IMG/VR virus record: IMGVR_UViG_3300012662_000009 | Span: 64,001-128,000 of that record | Reading direction: 5' to 3' (one strand) | Origin: a virus | Taxonomy: Duplodnaviria > Caudoviricetes | Length of the DNA stretch: 64,000 nucleotides | Shown: one piece after another, positions 1 to 9,834 of the stretch | Layout of the letters: each line of letters opens with the position of its first letter | Position numbering within the stretch: the stretch's first letter is position 1 | Notes under the pieces: generated by a model | Seen by the model: only the letters and a program-made list of their open reading frames with translations | Told to the model about the DNA's origin: nothing | The model's database searches: none | Translations under genes and position numbers: made by a program

Positions 1-219
1 GATGGTGTTAAACAACGCGACAGAAGTATTTTCCTCAAAAAATTCGGCATAGGACTTCCGAGACCTATGTTACCTAAAGAAATAGCTGAACAGGAAGGTC
101 TTTCGATAGCGCGTATCTCGCAAATTTTTCAAACTGTTATAGAGCAGATGCAAAGAAATCAAGTGAAGTACAATGTAGACCCTAATGTACTTTTTGATGC
201 TGTTAAAAAAATCTTATAA
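1..219 (+). CDS. Partial sigma-70-family factor, C-terminal region 4 HTH (5' truncated by window edge)
   Basis: Frame 1 reads DGVKQRDRSIFLKKFGIGLPRPMLPKEIAEQEGLSIARISQI...KKIL-TAA, a typical sigma region 4 pattern. Not in the ORF track. Confidence 0.75.
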   Translation, partial: DGVKQRDRSIFLKKFGIGLPRPMLPKEIAEQEGLSIARISQIFQTVIEQMQRNQVKYNVDPNVLFDAVKKIL

Positions 220-223
220 TAAG

Positions 224-1006
224 ATGAAATATATAGGAGTAAGAGGTCATAGAGGTGCAGGTAAAGTGTCTATATCATATTTATTAGGCAATACGTTGAG
301 CTACTTAATACATCATAAAGGAACTATTAATGATGATTTTGATGCATTATATGATAGATTAGTTGATGATGTTATGAATGATGAAAATTGCATATATGAA
401 TCATCTCTTGATAATATCATATTTGAATCATTTTCTGGTAATATATTGTTTTTCATAGAATTATTAACAGGTATACCAAATGAATGTCTTATATCTGATT
501 ATTATAAGGATCATATATTAATCAATTTGAAAGACTTTTCTTTTAATGAGTATAAAGAAATTCCACAGGATCTTAAAATATATTCCCATGAAAAAATTTA
601 TGATGCTATTCCAAAAGATCTTCCACCAGCTAAAATAGCAGAGGATGTATATGTGCTTTTAAGAGATTTTATAATATATTTTGGTATGGATGTTATGCAA
701 AGGTTCTTCGGTGTTAATGTTTGGGTTAAGTCATTAGAAGCTGGTTATAAGATTTTACCAGAGGATTGTTATAATGATTATAAAATATACTTTGATGTCA
801 AGACCCCTGCAGAGGTTTCTTATATAAAGAATAAAGGAGGTCTTATAATAAATATAAATAGGTCTTTGAATAAAAAAGAATCCAAAGACCTAAATAAACT
901 TAGTAAAGATATTCGTATAGATTATAATATAGAAATTAAGGGATCCTTAAAAGATCTTAAAAAAAGTTTAATTGACATTTGTCAAGATATTTATCATAAA
1001 TATTAA
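224..1006 (+). CDS. Deoxynucleoside monophosphate kinase (T4 gp1-like)
   Basis: N-terminal IGVRGHRGAGK P-loop, plus G-D-MQR-FG--VW and DVK-P-E motifs. ATG 224 follows the upstream stop. Confidence 0.65.
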   Translation: MKYIGVRGHRGAGKVSISYLLGNTLSYLIHHKGTINDDFDALYDRLVDDVMNDENCIYESSLDNIIFESFSGNILFFIELLTGIPNECLISDYYKDHILINLKDFSFNEYKEIPQDLKIYSHEKIYDAIPKDLPPAKIAEDVYVLLRDFIIYFGMDVMQRFFGVNVWVKSLEAGYKILPEDCYNDYKIYFDVKTPAEVSYIKNKGGLIININRSLNKKESKDLNKLSKDIRIDYNIEIKGSLKDLKKSLIDICQDIYHKY

Positions 1007-1539
1007 AGAGTTATGTTGATCTTTTCAGGATATCCTGTTGTATAATCATAATTATTAATTTCTTCCTCCGTAGACAGAGCATTTACAGAACTTTTATGAG
1101 CTTCTGTGACATCAAAACACTCATCTGCATAAGCACTTACCAGATTTATAAGTTGTATACCCATATCAGGAGCAAGCTCTAATGTAAGACCTTGATAGAT
1201 AAGCTTAGTTTTTTCTTTACCGGCATCTTTTTCTCTCTGAAAACGATCTTTTATAACTATTCGCTCCTCTCTCGAAAGCCATAGAGCTATTCCCCCCACA
1301 TAAAAAGTATTTACCTCAGGAGACTTATCATAATCTTTAATTTCTTGTAATTTAAGATTTCTCAGATCCTCTATGGTAGGCTCGGGAAGAACATATTTAA
1401 TCCATCCATCAGCTAAAATCATTTCTTCGGTAGGATTAATAGTCTGATATTCTTCGCCATCCTCGGGGTCTATTGTTAATATTACTATTTGATCCCTATA
1501 TTTTCTTTGATCACCTTTAATATATAAATCCATAATCAT
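1003..1539 (-). CDS. DUF4376-like tail fibre-associated protein
   Basis: KLQEIKDYDKS-EVNTF, YA-ECFDVTEAHK and YDYTTGYPEK pattern of phage fibre-assembly proteins. Confidence 0.6.
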   Translation of the reverse strand: MIMDLYIKGDQRKYRDQIVILTIDPEDGEEYQTINPTEEMILADGWIKYVLPEPTIEDLRNLKLQEIKDYDKSPEVNTFYVGGIALWLSREERIVIKDRFQREKDAGKEKTKLIYQGLTLELAPDMGIQLINLVSAYADECFDVTEAHKSSVNALSTEEEINNYDYTTGYPEKINITL

Positions 1540-2513
1540 TAAAACTTAGCTATAATAGCACATTTATTTAATACTGATAATTGATAATGAGTAGAAGCTT
1601 CTAATGTAGGAACTGCTCCATTCAACCAAGTTACACCAGAAGGCATTGTAATAGTAGGAGCAGTGGTGCCAGTAGTAAAATCTAAAACATACTCAGGTTC
1701 ACCCCTTCCAGGATTTTGAAATTTTATAGTGAATTTATCCGGAGCAGCCGCTGTGAGCTTATTAAAGTAATTACCCTTTAAATATATAGTACCACCAGAG
1801 GCAACCGAAGTTATTGTATTAACTAATTTACCGTTATATATAGTATTATTAATACTCGTAGTTAATGAGGTTTTTGTGTCATCTATAATATCATAAAGAT
1901 CATTATTATTAATACTATAAGGCATCTGAGATTGTGATAATGTAGCTGTTATATTACTTATTTTAATAAAGAAACCAAATATTGCTGTATCATCAGTGGT
2001 TTCAAATGCTATAAATAACTTATGATTAACAGTTCCGTTACCCGTTAAGGTTATTTTTGCTTGATAATAATTATAAGTATCAGAGAGTGTAAATGAATTG
2101 TCGGTTACAAAACTACTAATATTATTTGATAGACTATTATTCACCCAAGTGGATATAACTAATTTTGGTATAGCTAAATTTTCAATCTCATATTTAGCGG
2201 CATAGAAGTTGACGCAAATAGTATCTCCAGCCTTTAAATTTTCTGGGTGTATTAGAGGTACTTGTATACAAGATGCTATTGAGTTAATATCAAAACTATC
2301 TCCTTCTGCATAAAAGGTATCTAAACCATTTACTTGTTCATTCAATGGATAAAGATTACTTGTATAATCTTTTTCTAAGAATACCACAGAAGATCCTGAG
2401 AAGGTTTTTGACCCCGATATAATATTAGTATCAGAATTTTTAAGACTTTCAAGTTTCGATATAAGTTTACTGTTATTATATTCAAGACCTGTTAGATCAA
2501 GATATTTAGGCAT
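1539..2513 (-). CDS. Putative fibre/structural protein with N-terminal KYLDxxGL motif
   Basis: Thr/Ser-rich. C-terminal TITMPSGVTW..YQLSV beta domain. N-terminus shared with 8225..9823 and 10931..12139. Confidence 0.5.
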   Translation of the reverse strand: MPKYLDLTGLEYNNSKLISKLESLKNSDTNIISGSKTFSGSSVVFLEKDYTSNLYPLNEQVNGLDTFYAEGDSFDINSIASCIQVPLIHPENLKAGDTICVNFYAAKYEIENLAIPKLVISTWVNNSLSNNISSFVTDNSFTLSDTYNYYQAKITLTGNGTVNHKLFIAFETTDDTAIFGFFIKISNITATLSQSQMPYSINNNDLYDIIDDTKTSLTTSINNTIYNGKLVNTITSVASGGTIYLKGNYFNKLTAAAPDKFTIKFQNPGRGEPEYVLDFTTGTTAPTITMPSGVTWLNGAVPTLEASTHYQLSVLNKCAIIAKF

Positions 2514-2617
2514 ATCTTTATTAAGTTTTATTTTATAATAATAGTTCTTTTGAAACCAATTAAATATGTTTAGGTGCTTTTATATATTAAAACAATTAAT
2601 CATTAAAACATTTTTAT

Positions 2618-4576
2618 ATGACAGCAAATAAAGTAGTTATTAGTCTTTCGGGGGGTCTTGATAGTACTTGTCTCCTATTGAAACTCCTAAGTGAAGGTAA
2701 AGAAGTTCATGCATATTCTTTTAAGTATGGCCAGAAGCATGAGATAGAACTTGCAAAAGTTAAAAAGAATATTAAATTCCTTCAGGATAAGGGATTCAAA
2801 GTCACTCATCAAGTCATTGACCTTACAGATGTCTTTTCAGATTCAGCATCATCTCTTCATCAAGGAGGTGAAGCAATACCTCATGGAGATTATCGTGAGG
2901 AGTCTATGAAGAGTACCGTTGTAGAAAATCGTAATGTAATTTTTGGATCTATTATATACAGTAAAGCTCTTTCATGGGCTAATAAGACTAACAGTAACGT
3001 CTTGATTACTTTAGGGTTACATGCTGGAGATCATTGTTTTACTGGTGATACAAAGATTATTACACCAGATGGATATAAAACTATTAATGACATTAAATCT
3101 GGTGACCCTATCTTTTCTTTTAATCCTAATACTCTCAAAATAGAAGTAGATAAGTGCATAGATATTATTGAAAAGGGGGTTAATAATGAAATTTTCAATA
3201 TTAATACAACAACAGGATTACTAAGGGTTACAGGAGAACATAAAGTATATGTTGTTTCTTATGGGGAATTAGATAGAAGTGGATATTCTAAAAATATTCA
3301 GGAGAAATCTGCAAAGGAACTTAAAATAGGAGACATTCTATTATCTACAAGTACACTACCCAGAAATATTGATCATAAAGTTAAAAATATTAATGTATTT
3401 AGTCCTATTAAAGATTTTATTAATAAAAATATTAATGGATATAACGTTGATATTGAAAATGGGGAGATTATCATTTATAATCCTAATGGTAAAACACTTA
3501 AACCTTGCAAAGAGGAGATGGATGCTAAATCTTTATTGAATCTAATGGCTTGGTATATTACGGAAGGAATGACTTCAAAGCAATATGAAAAGAACAATAA
3601 AGCTTCTCGATTCCTTAGTAGTTTTACTCAATCGGTTTATAAAAATTTAGAGAATTGTGAATCTATTAATGAAGATTTAAATAATCTTAATATAAATATT
3701 TCAGTATCTAAATCTAATAAACTGATTGATAATCTTCCTAAAGAATATACATATCAATTTACGGGGGCTATATCAGCGCTGATGCAAACATGTGGAAATG
3801 GATCTTCAAATAAGATAATTCCTAATTGGATTATGGAGTTTCTCAAGGAGAATAAAGAATATATATATGAATTTATAAATACTATGGTGTCTGGAGATGG
3901 ATATTATGATAAAATATCAGGTATGTATACATATTCTTCAAAATCAAAACAACTAATTGAAGATCTTACTTATCTTATTAAGTCTATTGGATTTTATGTT
4001 AAATATTCACAGAAAAAAAATATTTACATAATTCAATTCGGGAATAATACTCGTAAGCAAGGGCTTATAAGGTTTGGTGATGCTGCAATGACAAAAATTA
4101 CAGACATTACTATATCTCATGATGAAGAGAAAGTATATGATATAACAGTTGAAAAAAATCATAATTTCTTTGCAGGGGAATTTGGTAATGTACTAATATC
4201 CAATTCAATTTACCCGGATTGTCGTCCCGAATCTCAACAAGCAGCTGAGCATCTCTTTAAGATTTCCAATTGGGGATCTGAAAAAGTTGATTATATAGCA
4301 CCTTTTATAAATATCGATAAGATGCATGTGCTAGAAGAGGGTGTGAATGCTATGAACGATCTTAAATTTACTCAAGAAGAAATTATGGAGGTGCTTAAAA
4401 ACACTCATACATGTTATGATCCAGATTCTGAAGGAAGATCTTGTGCTAAATGCGGATCGTGTGTCGAACGCGAAGAGTCTTTCGCGTATGTAGGGTTTAT
4501 GGATCCTATAGAGTACCAAGATCCTGAATATGCAAAGAAAAAATATGAGGAGTTTTATAAGAAGTATCATGAATAA
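2618..4576 (+). CDS. queC: 7-cyano-7-deazaguanine synthase QueC containing an intein
   Basis: SLSGGLDST, YGQKH-IE, VENRN, HAGDH|...|SIYPDCRPE and TCY-P....CAKCGSC-ER zinc motif. Confidence 0.95.
   Translation: MTANKVVISLSGGLDSTCLLLKLLSEGKEVHAYSFKYGQKHEIELAKVKKNIKFLQDKGFKVTHQVIDLTDVFSDSASSLHQGGEAIPHGDYREESMKSTVVENRNVIFGSIIYSKALSWANKTNSNVLITLGLHAGDHCFTGDTKIITPDGYKTINDIKSGDPIFSFNPNTLKIEVDKCIDIIEKGVNNEIFNINTTTGLLRVTGEHKVYVVSYGELDRSGYSKNIQEKSAKELKIGDILLSTSTLPRNIDHKVKNINVFSPIKDFINKNINGYNVDIENGEIIIYNPNGKTLKPCKEEMDAKSLLNLMAWYITEGMTSKQYEKNNKASRFLSSFTQSVYKNLENCESINEDLNNLNINISVSKSNKLIDNLPKEYTYQFTGAISALMQTCGNGSSNKIIPNWIMEFLKENKEYIYEFINTMVSGDGYYDKISGMYTYSSKSKQLIEDLTYLIKSIGFYVKYSQKKNIYIIQFGNNTRKQGLIRFGDAAMTKITDITISHDEEKVYDITVEKNHNFFAGEFGNVLISNSIYPDCRPESQQAAEHLFKISNWGSEKVDYIAPFINIDKMHVLEEGVNAMNDLKFTQEEIMEVLKNTHTCYDPDSEGRSCAKCGSCVEREESFAYVGFMDPIEYQDPEYAKKKYEEFYKKYHE
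3035..4204 (+). mobile_element. Intein (390 aa) with LAGLIDADG-type endonuclease domain inside queC
   Basis: Starts CFTGDT, block B VTGEH, endonuclease motifs AWYITEG and MVSGDG, ends VYDITVEKNHNF...ISN followed by Ser+1. Removal restores AGDH-SIYPDCR. Confidence 0.92.
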
Positions 4577-4641
4577 TTATTAACATTTATTGAATAAGGG
4601 GGTGCTAAAAAAGCATTCCTTTTTTTATATATAATATTATT

Positions 4642-6429
4642 ATGAAATTGAAAGAGGATTATAATAATAATTATAGGATAAAAAAAGATGAATATTATAT
4701 CAGAATCAATTATCCTGATGATTATTTAAACATTAAACAAGTATCGGGGAGATTCTGGAAAGAACAGGTATATCTGTATTTACATGATCTTCCCGGAATA
4801 CCAAAATGCGCTACCTGTGGAAAAGAATTGAAATTTAATCCGAAGAGAACCCCAGCATATCCCACATACTGTTCTTTAAAATGCGCAAATTCTAATAAGA
4901 ATAAAAAACAAAAAACCATCCAAACATGCCTTAAAAAATATGGTGTAGAAAACCCATTTGCTAATGAAGATGTTAAAAAAACCATTAGAAAAACATGTCT
5001 TAAAAAGTACGGCACTGAAATCGCATCCCAATCCAATATTGTAAAGCAACATGTCATTGAAAATAATTTAAAAAAATACGGTGTAGGGCATACTGCTTCT
5101 TTACCCTCTGTAAAGGCTAAAATTGAAAAATCTATTGTTAAAAATTGGGGATCTAAAAAGAACTGGATTAAAAATGTTATGGATTCGACTCATGCAACAA
5201 ATTTAGAACGATATGGAGATCCTTTATATAATAATAGAGAAAAATATAAGAAAACATGTTTGGAGCGCTATGGGGTTGATCATGTATTTAAGGCAGAAGA
5301 AATAAAAGAGAAACTTAGGAAAACTTGTATTGAAAAATATGGATATTATAGTAAACAGATAGCAAAAGCAGCTCAAACATATCCTGATTTTATTTCTTCC
5401 GATGGTACTTCATGGAAAATGAAATGTCCTCATCCTGAATGTAATAAATGTTCTGAAAAGTTCTATACCACAAAATGCCAAATATATTATAGTCGAAATA
5501 AAATAGGAGCTGAACAATGTACGAAAATTCATCCTATTGCTCTCAATATTAGTTCAGAAGAAATAATGATTAAGAGTTGGTTAGATGAATATAATATTGA
5601 ATATATAGAAAATTGTCGAGATATTATACCACCATTGGAACTTGACATTTATATACCTTCAAAGAACATTGCAATAGAATGTAATGGTATTTACTGGCAT
5701 TCAACAGAAAATAAAAATAAGAAATATCATATAGACAAATTTATTAAATGTCAAGAAAAAGGTATACAATTATTATCGATATGGGAGGATCAAATTAAGA
5801 ATAAACCAAATATTGTTAAATCATTGATACTTTCAAAATTAGGTATATATAAAGAAAGAATATATGCCCGTAAATGTACTATTAAAAAAGTAAATAGTAA
5901 AGAAAGCAATATATTTTTAAATCAAAATCACTTGCAAGGAAAAATAAATTCTTCTATTAGATATGGTTTATATTATAAAGATGAATTAATATCTCTTATG
6001 ACATTTAATAAAAGAAGAGTTGGGTATGGTGGTAAATTTAAAGAAGGGCAATATGAATTGTCAAGATTCTGTAATAAATTAAATATGCAAGTAATTGGTG
6101 GTGCATCGAAACTTCAAAAGCAATTTATAAGGGATTATAATCCAGACAGTATATTATCATGGTCTTCAAATGATATTTCTAATGGTCACTTGTATAAATC
6201 ATTAGGATACATATGTTCAGGTAATATACAGGAATCTTATTGGTATATTAATTGTGACAATCATAGATATCATAGGTACACATTTAGTAAAATAAATATA
6301 CAAAAAAAAGGTTGGGCTCCAGATGCTGAAAATTGGACGGAGCAAGAAGTAATGAGAACCAAAGGATTCTACCAAATATATGATTCTGGTACTCAAAGAT
6401 GGGAATTGCCACTAAATATTCACCCATAA
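4642..6429 (+). CDS. Hef-like free-standing putative homing endonuclease (Zn fingers, KTCLEKYG repeats, C-terminal Vsr/DUF559-like nuclease)
   Basis: CATC..YCS..C, repeated TCL(K/E)KYG and ELDIYIP-KNIAIECNG-YWH. Paralog of 19973..22141. Confidence 0.7.
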   Translation: MKLKEDYNNNYRIKKDEYYIRINYPDDYLNIKQVSGRFWKEQVYLYLHDLPGIPKCATCGKELKFNPKRTPAYPTYCSLKCANSNKNKKQKTIQTCLKKYGVENPFANEDVKKTIRKTCLKKYGTEIASQSNIVKQHVIENNLKKYGVGHTASLPSVKAKIEKSIVKNWGSKKNWIKNVMDSTHATNLERYGDPLYNNREKYKKTCLERYGVDHVFKAEEIKEKLRKTCIEKYGYYSKQIAKAAQTYPDFISSDGTSWKMKCPHPECNKCSEKFYTTKCQIYYSRNKIGAEQCTKIHPIALNISSEEIMIKSWLDEYNIEYIENCRDIIPPLELDIYIPSKNIAIECNGIYWHSTENKNKKYHIDKFIKCQEKGIQLLSIWEDQIKNKPNIVKSLILSKLGIYKERIYARKCTIKKVNSKESNIFLNQNHLQGKINSSIRYGLYYKDELISLMTFNKRRVGYGGKFKEGQYELSRFCNKLNMQVIGGASKLQKQFIRDYNPDSILSWSSNDISNGHLYKSLGYICSGNIQESYWYINCDNHRYHRYTFSKINIQKKGWAPDAENWTEQEVMRTKGFYQIYDSGTQRWELPLNIHP

Positions 6430-6449
6430 TTTGTTATATCAATACATAA
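6410..6449 (+). promoter_or_regulatory. Bipartite promoter-like motif, copy 1 (CACTAAA-N13-TTTGTTATATCAATACATAA)
   Basis: One of 7 copies with conserved spacing, each just upstream of a + strand ATG. Confidence 0.65.
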
Positions 6450-6466
6450 CTAATATAAATGTATAT

Positions 6467-7114
6467 ATGAGTATTTTTGATGATGATATGATAAATAGAA
6501 CTTCTGACGAGGGTATTTTACAGCAACTCACGAAGTTCTTTGATAATCCAAATATAGATGGTTATTGTAGTGTATCCAATGGAATAATTTCCATAAAAGA
6601 TCATTATACGCATAGCATATATATCAAAAAAAGATTCCCTGAATACTTTAAATTTGACGGGTTCTGGGATAAAACCGCATGTATTATACAAAGTACTTAT
6701 GGTGATATTACATCTCAAGATGATATAAAGAATATTAAAGGTCCTATTGTGGATGTTGATGTAAATATCAGTAATTGTACATTAAAAATAAAAGATTTCC
6801 TAAAAATTACCAAAAAATTTAAGAATATTAATTTATATTGTGACCAGTGGGTTAGAATAAACGTTTATATTTATAAATTAAATTCTATAGGAGACCTTAG
6901 GCAAATTAAAAGTAATAAAAATAAATTAAGTTGTATTATTCCATTAGATTTATATACAAATATAAAAGACCTATTATGTTCTGATGTTAACATATATAAA
7001 AATCTTATGGCGACATTATACTATCAAAATAATATAATAGAAATAATATCTCCTTCGGGATCAACAATATACTTAGAAAATATCTTACATGGGAAAGATC
7101 AGATCAAATCCTAA
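6467..7114 (+). CDS. Hypothetical protein, S(I/L)FDD paralog family, untagged form
   Basis: ATG 6467 gives MSIFDDDMINR. Similar to 34347, 46917 and 62705 (e.g. P-Y/F-I-F-D and I-S/T-Q-D-I/L motifs). Confidence 0.6.
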   Translation: MSIFDDDMINRTSDEGILQQLTKFFDNPNIDGYCSVSNGIISIKDHYTHSIYIKKRFPEYFKFDGFWDKTACIIQSTYGDITSQDDIKNIKGPIVDVDVNISNCTLKIKDFLKITKKFKNINLYCDQWVRINVYIYKLNSIGDLRQIKSNKNKLSCIIPLDLYTNIKDLLCSDVNIYKNLMATLYYQNNIIEIISPSGSTIYLENILHGKDQIKS

Positions 7115-7162
7115 ATAAATACACATATTCATAATATCACAACAAAAAAGTAAAAACGTGTT

Positions 7163-7251
7163 TAGATGCGATTTAACACAACAAAATAGGCTCGGATATA
7201 GATTTATATATCTAAGCCTGTTTTCATTGAAATTTGATATGTTTATGAGCG
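7163..7251. repeat. Dispersed ~90-bp palindromic element, copy A (core TATAGATTTATATA)
   Basis: GATTTAAC...AAATAGGC-core-GCCTGTTTT...GAAATTTGATATGTTTATG, between convergent genes. Confidence 0.85.
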
Positions 7252-7252
7252 T

Positions 7253-8158
7253 TTAATAAGTACTTGCTGACCATTTAGATGGTTTGGCATTAATGACAGT
7301 GGAGAAATTTCCTCCGGTGGGATAATACAAGGTACCGGAAGTTGTTATATTAGCGAACATATTAGTAGTGTTTGTAACGGCTCCCATATTATATCCAAAA
7401 CGAACCGATGTAAGAGTATTACAATTATTAAACATATGACTTGCATTGGTAACTCCTGAGAAATTAAAACACCTTAAATCAAAACCTGTGGTGGTCTTGC
7501 AGCCGTAAAACATAGCATAAGTATTTGTAAGTTTAGACGAGGTCTTGATATTATTAAAATTAAAAGATATTCCTGGGTGGTTCTGTGCATGACACATTCC
7601 CTGCATTGTTGTTACATTACTTAAGTCACATCCTGACATATTGAGTGATGTGAGTGCAGAAGTAGCAGTTTCATCAGGATTCCAAAGCATATATGCACAA
7701 TTGGTTACTTTAGAAGTATCTTTACCGGATAAATTAAGTGATTGTAGGGATGTTGCTGAGTGCCATGTAGAATATAATGAGGTGCAATTAGATAAGTCTA
7801 TATGGGATAGGTCACAGGAAATTAAAGAAGTACATCCTCTGAACATAAAAGCCATTGAATTGAATTTGCTCATGTCCATGATGAAGTCTACATAAAAAGT
7901 AGAACCAGGTTCAACTGCATATGGAGTAAATTCATTATAACCCCAAATACGGGATGGTTCATATACTAACTCAATACCTGAACCTGGTACTCTAATAACC
8001 ATTAAATATATCTGAGATAAATCAAATAATTCAGGTTCATCTAATATTCTATACGTTCCTACCTCATAATATCCATTATATTGACATGTTATATACTCTC
8101 CCTCTCTATACACAAGTTGTTTCTTTGGATTTTGAGTCATTAAATATCTTCTTCTCAT
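7253..8158 (-). CDS. BspA/DUF285-like leucine-rich repeat protein
   Basis: Repeats of the form MF-GC-SL-S-DLS--D-S-VT. Confidence 0.75.
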   Translation of the reverse strand: MRRRYLMTQNPKKQLVYREGEYITCQYNGYYEVGTYRILDEPELFDLSQIYLMVIRVPGSGIELVYEPSRIWGYNEFTPYAVEPGSTFYVDFIMDMSKFNSMAFMFRGCTSLISCDLSHIDLSNCTSLYSTWHSATSLQSLNLSGKDTSKVTNCAYMLWNPDETATSALTSLNMSGCDLSNVTTMQGMCHAQNHPGISFNFNNIKTSSKLTNTYAMFYGCKTTTGFDLRCFNFSGVTNASHMFNNCNTLTSVRFGYNMGAVTNTTNMFANITTSGTLYYPTGGNFSTVINAKPSKWSASTY

Positions 8159-8224
8159 GTATATATAATAAAAAATAGGACCTATAAAGATCCTATTTTT
8201 ATTTATATAGAGATTCTAATTATC

Positions 8225-9823
8225 TCATGCAAAGAGCGCATCAATGTCGTCGGTGGTAATTGTAACGAAATCTGTTATATTAGCTTTATTAGCAAGACTT
8301 GTAGTTACATCAGCTGCCTTAGCATAAGTTGTTGGAATAGCATCCAATTCATCTTCTACAGCTTTAAACCAATTGCCAGTCTTACCATCTACATCATCCT
8401 CGGTCTGGAAACCTATGCCAAATTCACGTTTAATATCACCTGTCGGAAGTGCAGTAATATTTAATGTCTGGTAAATTCCCCAGGAACCTCGAGTTTCGGA
8501 ATTATAACCAGTACCACCAATAGCAGCGGTATCTATATAAGGATATGCATTTTCAGCACTTATATAAACATCTTCCTTACCAGCATCTTTGTTCCAAGTG
8601 AATTTAAAATACTTACCTGCAGGTCTTTCATCAGTAGCATCAGCAGTAGCTATGGTTACTAATGTTACAGAATCTAAATCGGAATCTTTAACAAGAGCAC
8701 TTGCATCGAAATCGGACAGGACAGTTTCACCAGATTTTAATTGAACCTTCTTAGTGTCTGCATCATAATTTACATCGAGAGTTAAATCAGCGTTCTTAGA
8801 AGCATCTACTGTGAAAGAGGCTTTCTTGCTATTTAAGCTAATGGTTTCGATCTTATTGGGTTCACCACCGGCTGTTACAAGACTGTCAACTTTTTCTTCA
8901 AGAGTATCTACATCTGCAGCCTTAGCATAAGTTGTCGGAACAGCATCCAGTTCTTCATCAACTTTTGTAAACCAAGAACCATCAGCAAGAGAACCACCAG
9001 ACTTAACCCTAATAGTTCCATCGGAATCAGTAGTAGCTGTTAAAGTATCTGTTATCTTAACATTACCGCGGGTTGCACTGTGAAGACTAATGCCATCAGC
9101 ACTTCCGGCAAAAGTATATTCTTTGATAATATCCTTTACAGGAATATAAGTAGCTTCTTTACCAGCGTCTGTATTCCAAGTCAGCTTGATGTACTTACCT
9201 GCGGGGCGATCAACAGTAGCTTCTTCACCATCAGAAGGAACTGTGATGATCTCAGCGGAATTTAACATACCGTCCTTGATAAAGGCACTTGCATCAAATG
9301 ATGAAAGAATTGTATTGCCAGATTTCAAACGAACTTTCTTGGTGGTAGTATCATAATCCACATCAAGGGTTAAATCAGCGTTCTTAGCAGCATCTACTGT
9401 AAAGGATACTGCTTTACTATTTAAGCTAATTGTATCGATCTTATTGGGTTCACCGCCAGCTGTTACAAGACCGTCTACTTTGGAACTTAATTCTGAAAGA
9501 TTGTTGGTATTATTTTGAATATTTAATTTGTCCTGAGACGACATCAAACCATACTGATAGCCATCGAAAGTCGTAGGAGCTGCATTCGGAGTGTTAATCT
9601 TAAAGGTAGTAGTTTTTGATGCACCTTTGTTATCCTTATAGGAAATAACAAATTCGTCGGTGTTACCACCATTACTTGCAAAATCTTTTTGAGTCACACT
9701 TGTAATCTCCATTGCAGGAATAGCATCTACACCGGCTGCTACCTTAGAATCTATAACACCTTTGATCTTACCATCATAAGTGGTTAAGCCACCAAGATCT
9801 AAATATTTTACTTTATCTGCCAT
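8225..9823 (-). CDS. Putative virion fibre protein with ~195-aa internal tandem duplication
   Basis: KVD-LVTAGGEPNKI-TISLNSK...ELDA-PTTYAKAADV occurs twice. N-terminal KYLDLGGL and C-terminal ITTDDIDALFA. Confidence 0.6.
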   Translation of the reverse strand: MADKVKYLDLGGLTTYDGKIKGVIDSKVAAGVDAIPAMEITSVTQKDFASNGGNTDEFVISYKDNKGASKTTTFKINTPNAAPTTFDGYQYGLMSSQDKLNIQNNTNNLSELSSKVDGLVTAGGEPNKIDTISLNSKAVSFTVDAAKNADLTLDVDYDTTTKKVRLKSGNTILSSFDASAFIKDGMLNSAEIITVPSDGEEATVDRPAGKYIKLTWNTDAGKEATYIPVKDIIKEYTFAGSADGISLHSATRGNVKITDTLTATTDSDGTIRVKSGGSLADGSWFTKVDEELDAVPTTYAKAADVDTLEEKVDSLVTAGGEPNKIETISLNSKKASFTVDASKNADLTLDVNYDADTKKVQLKSGETVLSDFDASALVKDSDLDSVTLVTIATADATDERPAGKYFKFTWNKDAGKEDVYISAENAYPYIDTAAIGGTGYNSETRGSWGIYQTLNITALPTGDIKREFGIGFQTEDDVDGKTGNWFKAVEDELDAIPTTYAKAADVTTSLANKANITDFVTITTDDIDALFA

Positions 9824-9834
9824 TTATATAAATT

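Noticed and set aside
8225-9823. Internal duplication as a DGR template/variable-repeat pair
   Set aside because: Both copies are in frame within one ORF, the differences are not adenine-specific, and no reverse transcriptase is in the window.
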